A stretch of 64,000 bases of DNA from a virus (IMGVR_UViG_2718218393_000006:46356-110355); one strand, 5' to 3'; positions 1-9,295 are shown, numbered from the stretch's first letter. Notes: generated from the letters alone by a model not told the origin. A program made the numbers and translations.

Positions 1-290
1 GAGGCGGCCGGGTCTCGCGGGATCGCCTTGCGCACAGACCAGAGATATCGATACAGCTCGCGGATGCAGGCAACGTATGGCGTGCGGCTCACCGGCGCCA
101 GGTGCAGCGCCTTGTGCAGGTATGGACCCGTGAAGGCCAGCAGCTGGTCCCCGTCTATGATCAGCGGATCTCGCCCATCCAGCCAGTCCTCAAACCTCTG
201 CAGGATGTCGCGGTATGCCCGAATGGACCGATCCGCAAGTCCCTTGTTATCAGCTTTGAAGAGGAGAAACTCTTCCATCAGTCGATTCAT
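1..290 (-). CDS. N-terminal part of a XerC/D-like tyrosine recombinase of a neighbouring element (runs off the window edge)
   Basis: Manual minus-strand translation from ATG at 290 after a GGAG RBS: MNRLMEEFLLFKADNKGLADRSIRAYRDILQRFEDWL...SRTPYVACIRELYRYL...PRDPAA, typical of the SAM-like core-binding domain. Not in the ORF track because it is truncated. Confidence 0.7.
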   Translation of the reverse strand, partial: MNRLMEEFLLFKADNKGLADRSIRAYRDILQRFEDWLDGRDPLIIDGDQLLAFTGPYLHKALHLAPVSRTPYVACIRELYRYLWSVRKAIPRDPAA

Positions 291-328
291 CACGGCTCCA
301 AAAAAGGGACCCACTAGCAAAATAACCT

Positions 329-686
329 GTGGAATTGTGGATTGCCGCCGAAACCCGGCTAAAACCCTGCCCAATCAACATTTTACCATTCCACAAAATC
401 CACCAAAACAGGGTTTTCTGGGTTTTGAAACTGTGGGTCAAAAAATAGGCAGCACTCCGAAACCGTGGATTGCCCTCACCTCCTTTTTTCTCCGCTTTCT
501 TTCTCTTTCTCTTTGATTTTTTAAAAGAAAAAAGAAAGAAAACCAAGGGGCGACTGAAATCGCGCTGTGGAGAAATCGGCAATTCCGTGGAATAGAAAAT
601 GAAACCGTGGATTAAAAAACGAAACCGTGGGCATGCTTTTCAGCAAAATCAATGACTTGCAACGGACCAGCGTTCAAATCCACGGG
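329..686. repeat. Cluster of CCGTGGA(T/A)T / TCCAC motifs around a pyrimidine/purine AT-rich tract (possible origin or binding-site array of the neighbouring element)
   Basis: GTGGAATTGTGGATT (329), TTCCACAAAATCCAC (389), CCGTGGATT (463, 605), CCGTGGAAT (585), CCGTGGG (625), ATCCACGG (678); T/C-rich then A/G-rich tract at about 480-545. Confidence 0.5.
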
Positions 687-968
687 ATTTTCTTGATTGC
701 ATGCCATGGGTTTTGCTTGAGCAAGCCAGCCGGCCTGTCCGTCGCCTTCTGGAGCTGGCAGACGGTTAGGCAGACGGTAATTGATGCAGTAGCAAAGGGG
801 CAGAAACGGCAGAAAGGGATTGTGAAAAGCGAAGTCATAGAGCCGGGAAATCATTTCCGCATCGGGAAATACGATGCAGCTGTGACAATGGTTACAGAGG
901 GCCATAAAATGTGACATGCGGAAATGAATACTTGATAATTCATTGATATCATTGATTTGTCGCGTAGA

Positions 969-1026
969 CTTGAAAACCGTCGTGGGTGCGAGCCCACCGT
1001 GAGTTCGAATCTCACCGCTTCCGCCA
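969..1026 (+). tRNA. 3' half of tRNA-Ser(UGA): duplicated att core, not a complete tRNA
   Basis: CT-TGA-AA anticodon loop, long variable arm (GTGGGTGCGAGCCCAC), T-arm GTGAGTTCGAATCTCAC and CCA end. Upstream bases give no D-arm or 5' stems. Confidence 0.85.
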
Positions 1027-1142
1027 AATTCTAAGCCGTCCATACCCGTGCAAATCAGCGTATAACGCTTATCTGGCAAGGGCTTGGGCGGCTTTTCATT
1101 TTCTCGCCTTGCGCTGCTTTGCGCCGCTTTACGTGGTTCCTA

Positions 1143-1165
1143 GCGCCCCAAATGCGCCCCAAGTT
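1143..1165 (+). promoter_or_regulatory. Putative integrase arm-type sites (left)
   Basis: GCGCCCCAA-AT-GCGCCCCAAGTT; the same motif with the same 11-bp spacing is at 63972-63993. Confidence 0.6.
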
Positions 1166-1170
1166 TTCAA

Positions 1171-1191
1171 CCCGCCCATGGCGGGTTTTTT
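1171..1191 (+). terminator. Rho-independent terminator
   Basis: CCCGCC-CAT-GGCGGG followed by T6. Confidence 0.6.
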
Positions 1192-1207
1192 CATGCCTGG
1201 AGAAAAC

Positions 1208-1825
1208 GTGAAAACCATCGCCACATTCTCGCAAAAAGGCGGCTCGGGTAAGTCTACCCTGGCCGTTCACCTGGGCGTCGCCGCGGAAGAGGACAGCTGC
1301 AAAGTCATCATCTTGGACCGCGACGATGCACAGGCCTCAAGTTCGCGCTGGGCCGCGTGCCGCGCAGCTGCAGCTCCCATCGTCCTCAAGACACCTCCGT
1401 CGAAGCTCCAGGGCGCACTCGATGCCGCCAGGACCAAGGCCTTCGGCCTGGCCATCATCGACGGGCCTCCGCACTCCTCGCCGGATGCCGCTGCAATCGC
1501 GCGGATCGCCGACATCATCCTGATTCCCGTCCGGCCGACGGCATTCGACCTGGCCGCGGTCGGCAATGCAGTGAAGATTGTCACCGCCGCGGGCAAGCAG
1601 CCGCTGTTCGTGCTGTCCGCCTGCCCTTCTCGCGTGCCGGAGGTAGCCGACGCACGCCAGGCACTGGCCGACTTTGGTGACGTGGCGCCGGTGGAGATCG
1701 GCGAACGCATTGCATTTTCACGCGCCATCGCCACCGGCCGATCGGTGACGGAGTTCGACTCTCGCGGCAAGGCTGCGGCCGAGATTCGTGCGTTGTGGCA
1801 GTGGATCAAGGAGAGGGCGAAATGA
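1208..1825 (+). CDS. parA: Short ParA/ParF-type partition ATPase
   Basis: Deviant Walker A QKGGSGKST, IIDGPP, ADIILIPVRP, KAAAEIRALW; GTG start after GGAG. Confidence 0.9.
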   Translation: MKTIATFSQKGGSGKSTLAVHLGVAAEEDSCKVIILDRDDAQASSSRWAACRAAAAPIVLKTPPSKLQGALDAARTKAFGLAIIDGPPHSSPDAAAIARIADIILIPVRPTAFDLAAVGNAVKIVTAAGKQPLFVLSACPSRVPEVADARQALADFGDVAPVEIGERIAFSRAIATGRSVTEFDSRGKAAAEIRALWQWIKERAK

Positions 1826-2067
1826 GTAAGACCAGCCTGAAGGATTTCTTGGGCGCCGGCGAGGCGGAGCTGCCCGCCAAGGAAGGGAAGCCGCTGCCGG
1901 AATACGTGTCGATCAAGGTGAAGGTCCACCCCGACGACCATCGCCGGCTCTCGGACCTAGCCAAGGCGGAACGGCCGTCCAGCCTGCAAGACCTTGGCGT
2001 GGAAGGCTTCAATCGCGTGCTTGCAGAGCGCGGTCTGCCGCCGCTGCGCCCCTACAAAGATGGGTAA
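1822..2067 (+). CDS. ParG-like ribbon-helix-helix partition protein
   Basis: 81 aa overlapping the parA stop (ATGA); beta-strand SIKVKV then helices (HRRLSDLA...SLQDLGVEGFNRVL). Confidence 0.7.
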   Translation: MSKTSLKDFLGAGEAELPAKEGKPLPEYVSIKVKVHPDDHRRLSDLAKAERPSSLQDLGVEGFNRVLAERGLPPLRPYKDG

Positions 2068-2140
2068 ATGCCCATTTGGGCAGTTGCCCACTTGCTCACC
2101 TGCTCATTTACCCATTTGCGCACATGCGCAATTGCCCACG
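2061..2140. repeat. Ten 8-bp-period degenerate repeats (centromere-like)
   Basis: TGGGTAAA TGCCCATT TGGGCAGT TGCCCACT TGCTCACC TGCTCATT TACCCATT TGCGCACA TGCGCAAT TGCCCACG. Confidence 0.8.
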
Positions 2141-2155
2141 GAATTGGAGAGTTAA

Positions 2156-2272
2156 ATGATCGACATCGACGCCATCATCGATGGCATGGGCTGGTCGCTG
2201 GATGCCAGCGAGCGTGCAGATATGCGCCGGCTGTATCAGGCCATGCTCGCTGCCGCGCCGTCGCCCAATTGA
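2156..2272 (+). CDS. Small hypothetical protein (38 aa)
   Basis: GGAG RBS; MIDIDAIIDGMGWSLDASERADMRRLYQAMLAAAPSPN. Confidence 0.4.
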   Translation: MIDIDAIIDGMGWSLDASERADMRRLYQAMLAAAPSPN

Positions 2273-2357
2273 CACACAATCCGCGCATCATCCGCTGTAA
2301 ATTTGCGTAATTAACGCACCCTTGCCATGCTGATTGCAAATCTAGGAGCAATCCGCC

Positions 2358-2561
2358 ATGCGCCTCTACCTATCCCCCGACCGCTACTACGCTATCGCCA
2401 TCCAGCTGGATCTGTTCGACAGGCCGGTGATCGTGCGCGCCTGGGGCGGCCGCGGGAGCAGGCGCGGAGGCATGGCAACGGAACCATTCAGCACGGCGCG
2501 ACTCAAGGACATTGACCGTCGCCGGCGACGGCATGGCTACCAACTACACAGGCCCAACTGA
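2358..2561 (+). CDS. WGR-domain protein
   Basis: RYYAIAIQLDLFDRPVIVRAWGGRG pattern. Confidence 0.75.
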   Translation: MRLYLSPDRYYAIAIQLDLFDRPVIVRAWGGRGSRRGGMATEPFSTARLKDIDRRRRRHGYQLHRPN

Positions 2562-3091
2562 TGAAACTCTCCGCCCTGCTCCTCGTCGGCGCTCTTGCAG
2601 CGCCGTTTTCTATTGCTGCGCCGCTGCCGGCCGGCGCCGACTATGAGGTCGGGTTCTCGCCCAATGCCGGCGGCCTAGTACTGGTCTTGCAGGGCATCGA
2701 CGGCGCGAAGTCGTCGATTCTGGTCGCGGCCTACTCATTCACCAGCAAGCCCATTGCCGAGTCGCTGCTGAATGCCCACAAGCGCGGCGTGAAGGTGCAA
2801 GTCGTCGCCGACGAAAAGAGCAACCGCAAGGGTTATAGCGCCGCACAGTTCCTGGCCAATCAAGGCGTGCCGGTCCGGCTCAATGGCAACTATGCCATCT
2901 TCCACCACAAATTCATGGTGATCGACGGCCAGAACGTCGAGACCGGCTCGTTCAACTACAGCGCGGCGGCTGCCAATCGAAATGCCGAGAATGTGCTCCT
3001 GCTGCGCAACGTGAAGCCGCTGGCGAACAAGTACGCGGCTGAGTGGACAAGACTGTGGGACGAGGCCACCCCCTTGCCGAAGGCATACTGA
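2561..3091 (+). CDS. Secreted Nuc-like phospholipase D family endonuclease
   Basis: Signal peptide; VGFSP, AAYSFTS, HHKFMVID (HKD), TGSFNYS, NAENV. Confidence 0.9.
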   Translation: MKLSALLLVGALAAPFSIAAPLPAGADYEVGFSPNAGGLVLVLQGIDGAKSSILVAAYSFTSKPIAESLLNAHKRGVKVQVVADEKSNRKGYSAAQFLANQGVPVRLNGNYAIFHHKFMVIDGQNVETGSFNYSAAAANRNAENVLLLRNVKPLANKYAAEWTRLWDEATPLPKAY

Positions 3092-3115
3092 AATCCGTTT
3101 TGATATTCCCTCACC

Positions 3116-3158
3116 TGTGGTGTAATTTGAATTTGTACGAATTCATAATTTCACCACA
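3116..3158. promoter_or_regulatory. Long imperfect palindrome immediately upstream of umuD (operator candidate)
   Basis: TGTGGTG-t-AATT-TGAATT-tGTACg-AATTCA-t-AATT-t-CACCACA. Confidence 0.6.
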
Positions 3159-3584
3159 ATGGCCTCCATCCCCCACTTGATCCCGCAACCCGGCGGCCAG
3201 CCGGTGTCGCTCGTTCTGGCCCCGGTTCGTGCCGGGTTTCCGTCACCAGCTGACGACTACCTCGACGACAGCATCAACCTGCATGAGTACCTGGTGGAGG
3301 ATCCGCCGGCGACGTTCATCGTCCGTGTGCGCGGTGACTCCATGATCGGCGCCGGCATCGACAACGGCGACCTGCTAGTGGTGGACAAAGGGCTGACCGC
3401 AAACCATGGGGACATAGTGATCGCCGTGCTAGACGGCGAGTTCACCGTCAAGCGTCTGCACCGCATACGCGGTCACTGCGCGCTGATCGCCGAGAACCCG
3501 GCCTACCCTCCTATCCGGCTGGCCGATGGTCAAGAACTGGAGGTCTGGGGCGTGGTGCGCGGCTGCGTGAAACGGTTCCGCTGA
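3159..3584 (+). CDS. umuD: UmuD-like S24 peptidase subunit of DNA polymerase V
   Basis: [10 protein letters not shown] cleavage region, VRGDSM (Ser), FTVKRL (Lys). Confidence 0.92.
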   Translation: MASIPHLIPQPGGQPVSLVLAPVRAGFPSPADDYLDDSINLHEYLVEDPPATFIVRVRGDSMIGAGIDNGDLLVVDKGLTANHGDIVIAVLDGEFTVKRLHRIRGHCALIAENPAYPPIRLADGQELEVWGVVRGCVKRFR

Positions 3585-4840
3585 TGTTCGCCCTGGTCGA
3601 CGGCAACAGCTTCTATGCGTCCTGCGAGCGGGTATTCCGGCCCGATCTCGCCGGCAGGCCCATCGTGGTGCTGAGTAATAACGACGGATGCGTCGTCGCC
3701 GCCAGCGCCGAGGCCAAGGCCTTGGGCCTGAAAATGTTCGGCCCCTTCTTCGAAATCGCCGGGCTCTGCCGGCGGCACAAGGTGGCGGTGTTCTCAAGCA
3801 ATTACGCGCTTTACGGCGACATGAGCCACCGCATGATGCGCGTACTGTCCGAGTTCGCGGTGGACCAAGAGGTCTATTCCATCGATGAATCCTTCCTGGA
3901 GATGGAGGGCATGCCCGATCTGGACAGCCACGGCCACCGCATCCGGCAAGCCGTTCTACAACGGGTAGGAATCCCAACATGTGTCGGGTTTGGCACATCG
4001 AAGACTCTTGCCAAGCTGGCCAACCGCGTAGCGAAGAAGCGCAGCGAATGGGGTGGCGTGTTCGCATGGGACTGGCTGACCGCGGCCGAGGCCGACGCTC
4101 TGATGGGGCGAATTCCCGTCGGGGATGTGTGGGGCATCGGCGGCCGACTAACCGAAAAGCTGGGCGCGATGGGCATCACCACCGCGCTGCAGCTCAAACG
4201 CATCGACCCGCGCCGGATCAAGCGTGCTTTTTCGGTCGTGGTGGAGCGCACAGTGCAGGAGCTGAACGGGGTATCCTGCCTGGCCCTGGAAGACGTGGCG
4301 CCGGCGAAACAGCAAATCATCGCGAGCAGATCATTCAGCGAAAAAGTCACCGACCTGGCCACCCTCGCCGCATCCGTCGCCCACCACGCCGCGCGCGGCG
4401 CCGAGAAGCTGCGCCAGCAGCGCAGCGCGGCCAAGTTGGTAGCGGTCCAAATTATGACCAGCCCGTTTTCCGATGAACCGCAATACCGACCCTATATCGT
4501 GGTGCCGCTTGTTCAGCCCAGCAACGACACGCTGCTGATCACCCGCGCGGCGTTGGCAGGCTTACGCCACGTTTACCGGCCAGGCTTCCGCTATCACAAG
4601 GCAGGCATCATGCTGCTTGAGATCGGCGACCAGGCCATACAGCAATCGGACCTGTTCGCTGCGCCGCCTGATCCGCGCCGCGCGCGGCTGATGGCTGCGA
4701 TGGACAAGATCAATCGGAACTGGGGACGTGGCACGCTGCGTACCGCCGCCGAGCAACTGACCGAGGGATGGCACATGCGGCAGGATCTGCGCTCGCCGTG
4801 CTACTCGACGCGGATTGACCAGCTATTGAGCGTCGGCTGA
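3584..4840 (+). CDS. umuC: UmuC Y-family DNA polymerase V subunit
   Basis: [28 protein letters not shown]-terminal W.MRQ...SP.Y.T. Confidence 0.95.
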   Translation: MFALVDGNSFYASCERVFRPDLAGRPIVVLSNNDGCVVAASAEAKALGLKMFGPFFEIAGLCRRHKVAVFSSNYALYGDMSHRMMRVLSEFAVDQEVYSIDESFLEMEGMPDLDSHGHRIRQAVLQRVGIPTCVGFGTSKTLAKLANRVAKKRSEWGGVFAWDWLTAAEADALMGRIPVGDVWGIGGRLTEKLGAMGITTALQLKRIDPRRIKRAFSVVVERTVQELNGVSCLALEDVAPAKQQIIASRSFSEKVTDLATLAASVAHHAARGAEKLRQQRSAAKLVAVQIMTSPFSDEPQYRPYIVVPLVQPSNDTLLITRAALAGLRHVYRPGFRYHKAGIMLLEIGDQAIQQSDLFAAPPDPRRARLMAAMDKINRNWGRGTLRTAAEQLTEGWHMRQDLRSPCYSTRIDQLLSVG

Positions 4841-5455
4841 TTTTGCCAGCGCCGGAGCCGCTTGCATCAGCTCGGCCGTGAACGGTGCCAGCATCGCCCT
4901 GGCCAGCTCCGGCTCGCGGCACGCCAGCCAGTCGCCGTAACGCTCGCGCGGCAGGATCACCAGCGAGCGTTTTTCATCGCCCAGCTTGTGCATGCGCTTC
5001 ATCAGCGGGTGCTCGTCGGCGTTGATTGTGATCTGCGTGAACGCATGCGAGACGCCCCCCTCCGGCTCTTGCCACTCCCGCCACATGCCGGCGACGGCGA
5101 AGGGCTCGCCATCGGCCCGGCCGATCCTTGTTCGCACTGCTTTGCCAGTCTCGTAGCAGGGCTCGAAAAATGCCTGCATCGGTACCAGGCACAACTGACA
5201 TTTGCGCCACGTGGCCTTGTACGTGGGTTTCTCACCAATCGTCTCAGCGCGTGCGTTCATGGTCGTAATGCGCACGCCAGGCGGCTGATGGCGCTTTGGC
5301 ACGAAACCATAGGTCGCCAGCCTCAGGCCGTCGCGAGTGATGATCGGCGCAGCGTAGTCCTGCCAGCAATCAGGCTTCCAAAGGCCGTCTTCGACCTCAT
5401 AACCAAAGTGCAGGCGAATCTGCTGCGCCGAGGGTGGTGTGAAGTTGACGCACAT
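4823..5455 (-). CDS. SOS response-associated peptidase (SRAP/YedK, abasic-site crosslinking)
   Basis: Met-Cys N-terminus, [14 protein letters not shown]...EKRSLVIL. Confidence 0.88.
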   Translation of the reverse strand: MCVNFTPPSAQQIRLHFGYEVEDGLWKPDCWQDYAAPIITRDGLRLATYGFVPKRHQPPGVRITTMNARAETIGEKPTYKATWRKCQLCLVPMQAFFEPCYETGKAVRTRIGRADGEPFAVAGMWREWQEPEGGVSHAFTQITINADEHPLMKRMHKLGDEKRSLVILPRERYGDWLACREPELARAMLAPFTAELMQAAPALAKSADAQ

Positions 5456-5502
5456 GCATACAGCATAGCAAAATCGCCAAACTATATTTAAAGATTGAAG
5501 AA

Positions 5503-5922
5503 ATGCTGAAAAGGCTTGCGGTGGTAGTTTGGTGGATAGGACTTTTCACACTTGCGATTGCTGCTTTTGCACAGCTTGGTATCGCATATGATGCATATGA
5601 GTGCAGACGCACGCACTCTGCACAGCTGGAAGCTGCCAAACATGAATACGAAAAATTAAAACGGCTCCCCACCCTGCCTCACAAGAGTCCATCTTCGTCC
5701 AATCCGCTCATGAATGACCCTGCACTAGACAAGAGTCTACAAGAATTCTCAGCAATGGTTGCCATGCAAAAGGAAGAGCAGGGGCTGAATGCCTGTATTC
5801 ACGACCACCTTGGATTTTCATTAGGGGCAGTGATATTTGCCATTATTGTGGCAGCCTGTTTCTGGAGCATAAGTTTTGTGTTGGGCGGATTTTTCCTCCG
5901 CCCACCTAGAACTCCGCAATAG
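5503..5922 (+). CDS. AT-rich moron, two-TM membrane protein
   Basis: Hydrophobic N- and C-terminal segments; orientation opposite to the lysis genes. Confidence 0.6.
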   Translation: MLKRLAVVVWWIGLFTLAIAAFAQLGIAYDAYECRRTHSAQLEAAKHEYEKLKRLPTLPHKSPSSSNPLMNDPALDKSLQEFSAMVAMQKEEQGLNACIHDHLGFSLGAVIFAIIVAACFWSISFVLGGFFLRPPRTPQ

Positions 5923-5930
5923 AATGCTTG

Positions 5931-6410
5931 TTACGGTTGCCGATCGGACTGAATCAACGCCTGACAGGCAGCGAGCTGCCTGGCGACGTCATCGGCTTCG
6001 CCGGCGAGCCGTAGAGCATCTTCTCCATGCGCGGCAAGAAAGTCGCCTCCCGCGGCACCATCACGCTGGCCGGCGCCGGCGGCAACTGCGGGCAGATCGC
6101 CGCGCTCGGCGGCAGGTTGCTGCTGGCGCAGCCGGAGAGCAGCAGCATGGCGAGCCAGAGCGGCTTGCAGTTCGAGTTGTCCATTTTCCAATTCCTTTTC
6201 GTAGGCGAGCGCCGTGGCCGCATCATCTGCTGCCGCCTGGTGCTCGCGCGCCCGGGCTGCCTGAGTGGCAGCTACCTGCTGCTGGGCCTGGCTGGCGCGC
6301 GCCACTGCGACGTCACGCTGGGCGATCACGGCCCGCATCTCCCAGCCCAGAAATGCCAAGGCCGCCAGAGCGGCGGCCAGTCCAATTTCCCTCCACGGCA
6401 TCATCATCAT
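5931..6410 (-). CDS. Rz-like inner-membrane spanin
   Basis: N-terminal TM then Ala/Gln coiled coil; ADDVARQLAACQ end; follows the endolysin. Confidence 0.8.
   Translation of the reverse strand: MMMMPWREIGLAAALAALAFLGWEMRAVIAQRDVAVARASQAQQQVAATQAARAREHQAAADDAATALAYEKELENGQLELQAALARHAAALRLRQQQPAAERGDLPAVAAGAGQRDGAAGGDFLAAHGEDALRLAGEADDVARQLAACQALIQSDRQP
5954..6184 (-). CDS. Rz1-like outer-membrane lipoprotein spanin embedded in Rz
   Basis: Alternate frame inside Rz; lipobox LLLSGC; Pro-rich. Confidence 0.75.
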   Translation of the reverse strand: MDNSNCKPLWLAMLLLSGCASSNLPPSAAICPQLPPAPASVMVPREATFLPRMEKMLYGSPAKPMTSPGSSLPVRR

Positions 6411-6661
6411 CCACCTCCTTTTGCCTTAGCCAGTACAACAATGCCGGCCCAGATCGCTCCCAGCAGACCGATCACAATGCCACCGGCCAGTGCCCGCAGC
6501 ACGGCATCCGCCACCCCATCCACCCGCTTGGCCAGCTTCACCGCCTCACTCACTCCAGATTCATCGAGTGCTTGGCGAGCGCCAGCCTTCGCTGCAGCCT
6601 CCAGCAGTGCCCGGAACTCTTCTCGCGGCAGCACGACTTCATCACCCATTTCATTCTCCAA
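6407..6661 (-). CDS. Small membrane protein of the lysis cassette
   Basis: 84 aa with a C-terminal TM; overlaps its neighbours. Confidence 0.55.
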   Translation of the reverse strand: MENEMGDEVVLPREEFRALLEAAAKAGARQALDESGVSEAVKLAKRVDGVADAVLRALAGGIVIGLLGAIWAGIVVLAKAKGGG

Positions 6662-7265
6662 AATAGGCCCGATACTTCGGGCGCCGAACGACCATCACGT
6701 TGCGGACATGCGTATTGGTGATATCGGCGAAGGACTGCCCATAACCGGCCTGCTTGCGCCGGGACTGGCCGCTGGCCTTGTCCAGCCCGCCGAACCAACG
6801 CGCCGGATCGCAACCCGCCATATTGGCGCACAAGCGGCGTCGTTGCAGCACCGAGCCGAAGCCGGAATTGTAGGCCGCGTCCATCATCGCCAGCCTGTCC
6901 TCTCCCTCGGCCCAGCGGATCAACCGGTAGTTGTCCCGGTTCTTCAGCACCATCGCCGTCAGCTGGCAGTGCGGATCAAAGGCGTTCACCCAGCCCCAGC
7001 CCCGCAGCTCTGGATGGCGCGCCGCCATCTCCTGGATCGCGTCGAAGCGCACGCTGCCGTCCGCCCGATACGCCTTGGTGAACTGGCCGAGCCCGGCGCC
7101 GTACTCGCGGGAAGTCTTCAGGACCGCCCACTCGCGCCATCCGCTCTCCTGCTCCACCTGGGCCGCCAGCACGGAACGCGACGGCATGTCAGGCCAATGC
7201 TGTGTCGCGGCGGCATTCAACAGCGGCAGCAAGGCCAACGCGCCGGCGCTCAGCCCCGCAGCCAC
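6651..7265 (-). CDS. Endolysin, lytic transglycosylase (SLT) family
   Basis: QVEQESGW catalytic Glu, GLGQF, AAYNSG. Confidence 0.85.
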   Translation of the reverse strand: MAAGLSAGALALLPLLNAAATQHWPDMPSRSVLAAQVEQESGWREWAVLKTSREYGAGLGQFTKAYRADGSVRFDAIQEMAARHPELRGWGWVNAFDPHCQLTAMVLKNRDNYRLIRWAEGEDRLAMMDAAYNSGFGSVLQRRRLCANMAGCDPARWFGGLDKASGQSRRKQAGYGQSFADITNTHVRNVMVVRRPKYRAYFGE

Positions 7266-7540
7266 AGCACACCGCCGATCACCACGGCCGCCATGAACAG
7301 CCGGTCGGCCAGCACCACCAGCGCGGCGCCGGTAGGAGCATGCAGGGCGATGTCAGCAGCCTCAGACACGTCGACATGGAACAACGCCTTGCGCAGCAGC
7401 AGCGCCACGCCCACCAGCACCGGCAGGGCCAAGCCGAGTTGAAGCCAGGTGACGGCGACGACGCGGTCAATCCAGAGCAGCGCCAGCGCCGCCGGCAGGA
7501 TGAGGGCGTAGATTCGATAGTCGTGTAGTTTTTTCAGCAT
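7250..7540 (-). CDS. Putative holin
   Basis: 96 aa with about 3 TM segments, directly upstream of the endolysin; start MLKKLH after GGAG. Confidence 0.65.
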   Translation of the reverse strand: MLKKLHDYRIYALILPAALALLWIDRVVAVTWLQLGLALPVLVGVALLLRKALFHVDVSEAADIALHAPTGAALVVLADRLFMAAVVIGGVLWLRG

Positions 7541-7557
7541 GATTGCTCCCAAATGAA

Positions 7558-7848
7558 TCAGGGCCGGTTTTGCCGGCCCTGGTGGATTGCTCTTGCGTTG
7601 TTGATCAGCACCGCGGTGTAAATCACCGCAAGGATGGCGTATGCCGGCCATGGCGGCCGCAGCCACCAGCACGCGGCCAGCAGCGCCAACTTGGTCAGCA
7701 GCAGCGCTGCCTGGACGCCGACCCGGCGCATGATGCGCGCCAGCCAGCCGTTGGCCTCGCGTCCGATCCCGGTGCGCAGCGCGTACCAGGTGCTGGCAAT
7801 GTCCAGTAGTTGCTGGATGGCCACGATGAACATCAGCAGGCGCATCAC
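7558..7848 (-). CDS. Small multi-TM membrane protein (DUF5658-like)
   Basis: LLDIASTWYAL...GREAN motif; hydrophobic. Confidence 0.55.
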   Translation of the reverse strand: MMRLLMFIVAIQQLLDIASTWYALRTGIGREANGWLARIMRRVGVQAALLLTKLALLAACWWLRPPWPAYAILAVIYTAVLINNARAIHQGRQNRP

Positions 7849-8156
7849 AACGCACTCACCGTCGTGGCATTCGCGAGTTGTGCGCGCAGATCCGCGATTT
7901 CCGCGTCGCGCGCCTTCAGTTGCTGCTGCAGCGCCTCAACCTCGGCCAGCGCGTTGAGGTTGAGCGCGGCGGCGATGTCGCCCAGCGGCTCGCCGGCGGC
8001 GCCGGCCACCAGCGCCACTGGCTGGGCCATGCCGGTTTCCGCTCTGGACTCACCGGTCAATGCGTTTTTGGCCTCGGCGGCGTAGATCACATGCGCGCCG
8101 GCGATGCCGGCCGCCGTGCCGCGCACCAGGAATTCATACAAATAGGGTTCGCTCAT
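7845..8156 (-). CDS. Hypothetical phage protein
   Basis: Couples to its neighbours; C-terminal coiled coil. Confidence 0.6.
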   Translation of the reverse strand: MSEPYLYEFLVRGTAAGIAGAHVIYAAEAKNALTGESRAETGMAQPVALVAGAAGEPLGDIAAALNLNALAEVEALQQQLKARDAEIADLRAQLANATTVSAL

Positions 8157-8163
8157 ATAGCCC

Positions 8164-9066
8164 TCAGAGGTCTGTCATGGTTGGAATTCGCCATTTCTGG
8201 CCGTTGCTGAAAACGTGCGTTGGCCCATTCGGACCGTCCGTGATGTATGCGATGCCGGATGGCGACGAGTTGGCGGCCGGCAGCGTCGCCCGGGTGAAAT
8301 ACCCGACATTGACAACCCCCGCCGTCACCATGTTGCCGTTTCGGGTATCGACGAACCACCGCCATGGCGCCGCGCTCCACCCGCCAACGCCAAAAATCCC
8401 GTCGTTTCGCAGCGCGAGCTTTGTGCCGTAGACGCCCGTACATTCAAACGAGATGGCTGCCACGCTCGAGTCACCCGTGCCGCCTGCATTTCGCACCCGC
8501 AGCGCGGCCGAACTATCACCGCCCACCATCACGCAGTTCACCGCTGCCGACAGCGGCCGGCCGTCTGCATCCGTCGCCGCAGGGGTGATGTTGCCGGAGT
8601 GCCAGACGCGATACTCATTACCAGACGCCTCCATCAGCATCAGGGTGTCGGCGCCATAGCCCTTATGCACTAACGCCACTCCGCTCTTGCCAGGGCGATG
8701 CAGGCCCAGGGACGGATAGTCGGTTCCTGTTGCCCCGGCAGAACTCAATGTCAGCGTGCCGCCGCTGTATGCGTTTGAATCGTATGTTGTAGGTGTGGTT
8801 TTCCGGATACTGGCGGTGTAGGGGCTATCAAGAGCAATCGCGACGACGCCGTAGCCGGTCAGCGTCGTCGCCTTGTCGGCTTTGCCGCCGAGGGCGCCGG
8901 AAATGGCCCGCCACGATGGCACCTGCCGCGTGCTGCCGTCCTCCGCGACGATCGTCGCCGTGTCCGAGTTCTGGTCGAACACGCTCCAGTAGCTGCGCGC
9001 GGCGACATACCACGCCTGCTGCATTTTCCCCAGCCCCGCGGCGAGACCTGCCCAATCATCCGCCAT
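8164..9066 (-). CDS. Tail fibre / receptor-binding protein
   Basis: KADKATTLTGYG and GGWSAAPWRW..D..GNM fibre motifs; follows the tail tip genes. Confidence 0.75.
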   Translation of the reverse strand: MADDWAGLAAGLGKMQQAWYVAARSYWSVFDQNSDTATIVAEDGSTRQVPSWRAISGALGGKADKATTLTGYGVVAIALDSPYTASIRKTTPTTYDSNAYSGGTLTLSSAGATGTDYPSLGLHRPGKSGVALVHKGYGADTLMLMEASGNEYRVWHSGNITPAATDADGRPLSAAVNCVMVGGDSSAALRVRNAGGTGDSSVAAISFECTGVYGTKLALRNDGIFGVGGWSAAPWRWFVDTRNGNMVTAGVVNVGYFTRATLPAANSSPSGIAYITDGPNGPTHVFSNGQKWRIPTMTDL

Positions 9067-9295
9067 TTTCTGCCCCCTCCAAAGAATCAGCCCCGCCGGT
9101 TTGATCCTGGCGGGGCTTCGGGAAATTTGTTTTTACGGCCCGGATTCTGTCCAGCATCTGCCGCATCTCGTCGTTGAGCAGCTCCGGCGGCAGGCTGGCA
9201 ACCCAGCGCCACAGCACGTCCCATTGGTCGCCCAGGGGCGGGTACTGCGATTTGCGTGCGGCGCGGTGATCGCCGTGGTGATGGATCTGCATCAT
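9056..9295 (-). CDS. Tail-associated small protein
   Basis: R..YPPLGDQ.D.LW...I.AVK..FPK pattern; located in the tail operon. Confidence 0.55.
   Translation of the reverse strand: MMQIHHHGDHRAARKSQYPPLGDQWDVLWRWVASLPPELLNDEMRQMLDRIRAVKTNFPKPRQDQTGGADSLEGAENGG

Noticed and set aside
940-1026. Complete functional tRNA-Ser
   Set aside because: The 5' acceptor strand, D-arm and 5' anticodon stem are missing; only the 3' half is present.
28-1079. ORF-track entries 28-516, 102-317, 250-582, 612-1079 and 627-914
   Set aside because: They overlap the recombinase antisense strand, repeat tracts or the att site and have no recognisable motifs.
3159-3584. Phage CI or LexA repressor
   Set aside because: No N-terminal HTH and translationally coupled to umuC, so it is UmuD.
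6027-7442. 471-aa plus-strand ORF and similar long antisense ORFs (13967-15067, 24020-25108, 28681-29646)
   Set aside because: GC-rich shadow frames opposite well-supported phage genes.
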